Assembly: GCF_964194025.1 (NCBI RefSeq)
Contig: NC_134469.1
Location: forward strand, 76,012,001-76,076,000
Source: Convolutriloba macropyga
Lineage: Eukaryota
DNA: 64,000 bases
Reading direction: 5' to 3'
Shown here: positions 58,276 to 64,000 of the stretch, one piece after another
How positions within the stretch are numbered: the first letter of the stretch is position 1
How the letters are laid out: each line of letters begins with the position of its first letter
Translations under genes and position numbers: made by a program
Notes under the pieces: model-generated
The model's database searches: none
What the model saw: only the letters and a program-made list of their open reading frames with translations
Told to the model about the DNA's origin: nothing

Positions 58276-61200
58276 AATTGCTCTCAAACGAAGTTTGTAG
58301 TTAGTCCTGTCGGTCTTTTTTTGCGATTTTTCGCTTGACCGATTTTTCGTCTGACCCATTTGACTTTTCGTCCTCATGGGATAAACATGTAAAATGGGAT
58401 AAACAGGTAGCGCCAAGCGGGCATTAAGTGCTCATAGAACCTTTCAGCTCAAACTCAGACTTATACTTATGGCGTGAAGGGAGGTTCTTAGAGGTTAAAG
58501 ACCCCTCTACTGTTGACCCCCCGCGCTGTTACCCCCCACCCCACTGTTGGCCCACCTCCGCCCATCAGCCCTCGGTGCACCCCCCCCCCCCCCGTTTCTA
58601 GCTACTGACGAACAACCGCTCGCCCAAAAGACGCAAATTTATACTATTTTGCACAATTTTCGTGAAAATTTTTGAAAATTTGAAAATTTTTGACATTTTT
58701 TAATCTTTATCAGCCCTAGGTGTCAAGGAACCTCCTCCATGTTTTAGTAATAGGTTACTGTATAGTTTCTAGTGGCAACGGAACGGTTTCAACATTTTAA
58801 CAATAAGTTACTGACAAATTTTTATTGGCCATTGATCAGTTTTTCAAATTTTTATTGTCACAAATTTTAGCAATTTTTTGATAAAACTTGCTTTTTTCAA
58901 ATTTTTTGAAAATTTTGTCTTTTTTAAGGTTTTTCAGCCTCATGAGGCAAGGAACTTCCTCTACGGTTTGAAAATATAAATTCAAACTGTATAACTTTTA
59001 GACCTCTGTTAGGGTCTGATAATAAGATACTGGAAAATTTTTGTTGGTCATGGATTAATTTTCAACTTTTTAATATCACAAGATTTACCAATTTTTTTCT
59101 TAGCTCTTGCAATTTTTTTTAGGTTTTTCAAAATTTTTTGCCATATTTAGGTTTATCTAGCCTCAAGATTCACGAAACTTCCTCTTGGGTTTGATAAAAT
59201 TTTACTGCATAATTTATAGATGTAACGGAATGGTTTTCAAGATTTTAATATTACGAATAAAGGCAATTTTTTAAAAGGTTCGCTTTTCTTTCATTTTTTT
59301 TATTTTTTTCCGGCAACAGGGGCCCTGAGACCTCCTCCAGGGTTTGACAATAAATTGCTGCTTAGTTCTGGAGTTAATGGAATGGTGATCAATATTTTTT
59401 ATGACTCAAAATTCTCGTAATTTCTTCAAATTTTCGGAAAATTTTTATGTTCCAAGTGTATAGATCTTTGAGCCAATGAAAATATTTCTTGCTTGAAACA
59501 GGGATACTGGATAGTCTCTTGAGACAAATAAATGGTTTTCAAGATATTAATATCTTGAATATCAGCAAATATGTAATGAATGTTTAGCAAAATTTGCAAT
59601 TTTTCCAACACTTTTCAACCTTATTGTCCTTTTATTTAACGACCTATTCTGGCCAACGAAACTTTTCAATTCTTGGAGATAGGTTAGTTGAAATTAGTTT
59701 CAAGACAAAAAATAGTTTTTAACTTTTTTTGCCAAGTTGAAAACTTTTGTTTTTAATCTTGCCTTTTTGTTTTTCTATATGAGTTATTTACTAACAGGGC
59801 TAGAAAACTAGAAGTTGCAGAGTCGAATCCCATCATGGAAAATTGTCCGATCTCTCTTTCTCTCTCTCTCTCTGTCGGTTAAGGTTCTCTCCTTTTATTC
59901 CTCGTTCACGTTTTATCTCTCTCTCTCTCGCTCTCTCTCTCTCTCTATGTTGATGCCGCACTTCAACTGCTGTTATGTGGCGTAATGTCATCATCTCTGA
60001 CCCTCATTAACAATGAGTTATAGTGGAAATGTTTTTATCATAAATGACCTAACAGGCACTTTTTAGGAACTCATTGATAATTGCTCTCTAAAGCAATTTG
60101 TAGCAAATATATTAATCCTGTTCGTCTCTTTTATGCAGTTTTTTGCTTGGCAGATTTTTCTTCTGACCCATTTGACTTTCTTCTTCCGAACCGGGATAAA
60201 GAGATAGCCCCTAGTTTGCATAAAGTTCTCTTAGAGCCTTTCAGCCCACTAGTCGTCAAATATGCGATTAACAGAAACTGTTTTGGAGACTTATACTTAT
60301 GGTGTGAAGGACGGTTCTTAGAAATTGATCCCACCCACCCACTGCCCCCAGATCAGCCCCCCCCCATCCTTTTTTGCAGCCCCGGTGCTGTGCACCAATC
60401 CGCTCTGCGCTCAAGTCCCTTCAATTAATCTAAAGCTAGTCTCATAAACCGTGGCTAGCTACTGACGAAGCAAACCGCTCTCCGGTCGTTTGAGAGCTAT
60501 TCGCCCTACGTTAGTGAGTTATGTTGTTAATTGCTCTCGAATGGGAAGCAATTATTGTAAACATGTGTGCCTTGTTTATGCAAATTTTTTGCTTGACCGT
60601 TTTGCGGTTTTCTTTTAGAATAACCTTTAGACTTCTCAAGTGACTTTTTCACGCACTTCTTTTTGATTTTTGAGTGGTTTCAATTGCTCTCACTCCGAAA
60701 TAAAGTTTGTTGTTCAAACAAAACCGATTGTTTGCCGATGACAAGGCCATAATAGCTGAGTGGTTAATAACTCTATCGAGGTGGTGGAATCGGACTCAAG
60801 AGGTAGGTGTTTGCACCCGACCTTAGTCTGTTGTTTTTGCAACCATAAAGAAAAATTTATTTGAGCTACAGCCCCTGAATTAAATTGCCCGCCTGTCATT
60901 CGAGGTCAATTTTTCCGACGTTAGTCGGTCTATGTCAGTGTCTAAGTACCTGCACCAATACAAATTTTTCCGACTCATTATTGTGGACAGGAACAATATA
61001 CCCAAAGATCATTTTTTTACCAAAAAATGTGGCCGATCAATATAGCACGTAGAGAACTGTTAGTGTTAACATTAGTAAGCAGGCCGAGGTTCAATTTTAA
61101 TTACAGGATATCTAGGATTTGATATTGTTGTGGAATCATTGATTTGGAGTTTACTAAATTTTCGGTAATATTTCTTTATAGCATTTACTCCTGCTGCTGC

Positions 61201-63767
61201 ATATTTTTACCTTAACATCCGTTGAGTTATCACTCAAATATTATAAGACGTGTTTCTATAGCGGAGAATATGTAAGGTCTGCATTGCTATATTGCGGTAC
61301 TCGTGGTTTTGAAGACTTGAATTTTGATTTTCTACGTTTTCGGAAATACGTTGATTGAAATTTATTTATACAATGACATAGTTCTGGCACGGAAATCACT
61401 CAAAACCTTTGTTAACAAATATGTAATCAAATGTTTCTAATCCGGCGGCATAAGAATTAAAATCTCCCCGCTCATTGGGTATGAATATGTTGAATGAAGT
61501 GAGTAGAATTGCCGCTGTGAACGACTCTTTGGGAAGCGAGAGAATTTTAAGTTGCGTTTTTGGTTTATGCGCGGTGTTCAGTGGATGACTTTGAGTTTTT
61601 TTACGCTCGAAGAGGAGTATCGGAGAGGTCCTTTTTAAATCAATTTTGGAGTGAATTTTGAATCGGGAAATTAAACACGCGAAAAAATTTAGTGATTTTG
61701 TTGCTGAACAAAATGAAGAGTGGAGCGAAAAGAATTGTTTTTTGTTCATATCGCTGTTTTCTAGAGAGCGAGAAATTGAGATGTGAAAAAAATTCTTTGT
61801 TCACGTGCGGCATTTTGAAGCAGTTTTTTTTCGTTTCTTTGGTGAAGAGGTTGGCTATGATTTTGTTTTTATTTTAGACAGGTTTTGGTAGTGGTTTGAA
61901 GGCTTCTGGAAATTCATAGGAATTTTATGCTAAATCGGAGGTTTTCCACGTATTTTGCTGATTTTCAGGCTAATTTTTGTGTTTTTTGACAATTGTTTCG
62001 CTTTACTGGCTCAAATGGGTATTGAAAAGACCCCTTCTACTTGATCAAATTTTAGATAACAATTGGTTACAGTTTTTGTGGATATGAATCATTTTTTTGT
62101 TGAGAAATATGACAAAAGTTGGCGAAAATTGGAATTATTTTTCTTAATTATTTGAAGTTTTTCGGGGTTTTTTTCCTGTTTGTAGACAATTCTTTAGCCT
62201 ATTATGACCTGCTTGTTGTTTAGCGAGCATCTGGATACACTATTGGCTGAAAGGAGTTTTTCTTTGGATTTATATGCTTTTGTAATATTAAAAATTTTTA
62301 AAACTTTTTCCAGTTTTTAGTGCAAGTTGTTTGTAAGAGCCTTTTATTCATAACTTGGCTTCAAGTGATTTAAAAAAATTCACATAGGGGTTTTAATAAG
62401 TACTAGTTGTTTTGATGAAGTAATTTTTAGCAGAGATAGTTATTTCGGGATCGCAATTTATGACAAAATTTGATCGGACTTTTTTGTCATATTCTAACAG
62501 ATTTGATTTACTTGTTTTTACTTTTTTTGTTTTATGGTTTTGTTTCAAGATAATCATAAATTAGTGGAGGCACGTTTTGTCTGATGAACAGTTGGATGGC
62601 GTTGAAATCGATTTCCACTTCGAGTTGTTTACGGATTTCTCCCGGCTATGTTTTTTTAAGATCTGTTCACACATTTTCATGATTTTTGAAGTCAAATTGG
62701 AGCAGTGATTTTAGTCACGCCGAAACAGAAAGTGGAGCGAAATTTGAGTGGTTTTGCGGCGTGAAATTTTTTCGCTCTAATTTTAAAGTGGACTGAGAAA
62801 ACGGTGTTTGAACAAAAGTTCGCTTTCTCGCTAGTGGTTTTTTTGTTCACATGCGGCAATTTCACTTTGATTTTTACTGGTTTTCAGATTTTTTGGATCG
62901 GATTTTTGTCTAAATGGTTGTTCCAATCCATTCATAGTTCATTCTAGGCCTAGTTGTTTTTGTTTGAAACAAATTTCTCTCTTGCTAGTGGTTTTTGTTC
63001 ACATGCGGCCTTTTGACATTGATTTTCAGTTTATTTTTTTAAATTTTTGGTCTGATTTTTTAGAAAACGTTTTCCCAATTCACTCGTAGTCCGATCATCT
63101 AGGTCTAGTTTTTGTTTAGTCAATGAAAATTTTTTGAATTGTACGTCAGGACTTGTCCTGCTATGTTTTTTTTATTTCGTCGTCAAGACTTGACCATATG
63201 ACGTCACAACCACTTCGAATCTGCTTTTTGTTACCTCGTTCATGCAATTTCAAGTGAAGTGCGTGCGTGACGTTATTTTCGCTCTTGGTAGAGCTAGTTT
63301 ATTATTGGCCTTCTCTTGGTTTTTTTTATTTCGTCGTCATGATTTTTGTTACGACCATATGACGTCACAGCCACTTTTTGTTCATTCGGTCATGCAATTT
63401 CAACTGAATTGCATGTGTGACGTCATTTTTCACTCTTAGTGGAGCGAGTTTTTCTGTTCATGCGCGTGATTAAATTTTTGATCACACCTGACTTACCTCA
63501 CTCTCAAAAATAAATTCCTCACTTTGAAGTTCACTTTTAGTTTCTTTAATTCAAAGATATTATGTCAAATGGGTGTGTTTCACTCTAAATGATAGTTATT
63601 TGAGAGGAGCTAATAGCGGCAGAAAAACTTGTACGGACTTATAAACAAAATAAAACATATCAGACTTGAAACGACGAATTTTTTTGGTCTGGCTTTTTAA
63701 CTGTTTTTTTTCGACTGCAGATCTACGAAGCTATTGCGGCTATTTTCTGGCAATGTGCCAGCTATGG
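58276..63767 (+). mobile_element. Cluster of family B (58276-, 60079-60525, 60529-60935), C (61601-62652) and A (62650-63767) elements in the LysM gene intron
   Basis: Diagnostic 5' palindromes and 3' subTIR-plus-hairpin ends as in the other copies. Confidence 0.7.
59852..59947. repeat. (CT)n microsatellite tracts
   Basis: Direct observation. Confidence 0.85.
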
Positions 63768-64000
63768 TTGTCCATTTGCCTTCTTAGTCATTTGCCTTTT
63801 TTGTTTTGTTAGATTTTCTAGGAGAAATTTGACTCAGAAAATTTAAATTATTTTTGTTGATTTTTGTTTTATAGCATTTTTTTCTAATTTTTAAGCGCTG
63901 CTCAAATAGACTTAATTTAAGTGTTCTTCTTTCTACTCTTTACACGAGTCACGATTTTCAAATTTGACTTTGACTTAATTTCTTTGTCATTGTATCAAAT

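Noticed and set aside
4851-63767. Recurrent ~35-bp hairpin repeats as a CRISPR-like array
   Set aside because: Spacing is irregular (70 bp to several kb), the intervening DNA is itself repetitive, there are no cas genes, and the context is spliceosomal; they are transposon termini.

Overview
This is AT-rich, intron-rich animal genomic DNA (divergent invertebrate-like proteins; the species cannot be fixed from sequence alone). Five spliced genes were reconstructed by hand: the last exon of a MELK-like KA1-domain kinase (+), a complete 14-exon eIF5B gene (+, 4154-41270, ~1194 aa), a 5-exon B3GAT/GlcAT-I-like GT43 glucuronosyltransferase (-, 45873-51265, with a GC-AG intron), a 3-exon ZNF830 (+, 54674-57326) and the first coding exon of a LYSMD3/4-like gene (+). 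eIF5B intron 5 holds a decayed full-length Ty3/gypsy LTR retrotransposon (19604-24492, -). Most non-coding space is filled by at least four families (my labels A-D) of non-autonomous elements with Helentron/HINE (DINE-1-like) architecture: subterminal inverted repeats, a 3' hairpin, insertion into T-tracts and no TSD. They nest into each other and swap internal modules, and families A-C were seen only on the + strand. Seven copies carry a variable tRNA-like cassette plus oligo-T at one fixed internal slot, which is the most promising candidate for an undescribed system. Also present are a ~160 bp MITE with 8-bp TSDs (3 copies), two long fold-back palindromes, a pre-miRNA-sized hairpin, and a 57-bp duplication of the splice acceptor of the eIF5B P-loop exon. 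All alignments and counts were done by eye; no database searches were run.
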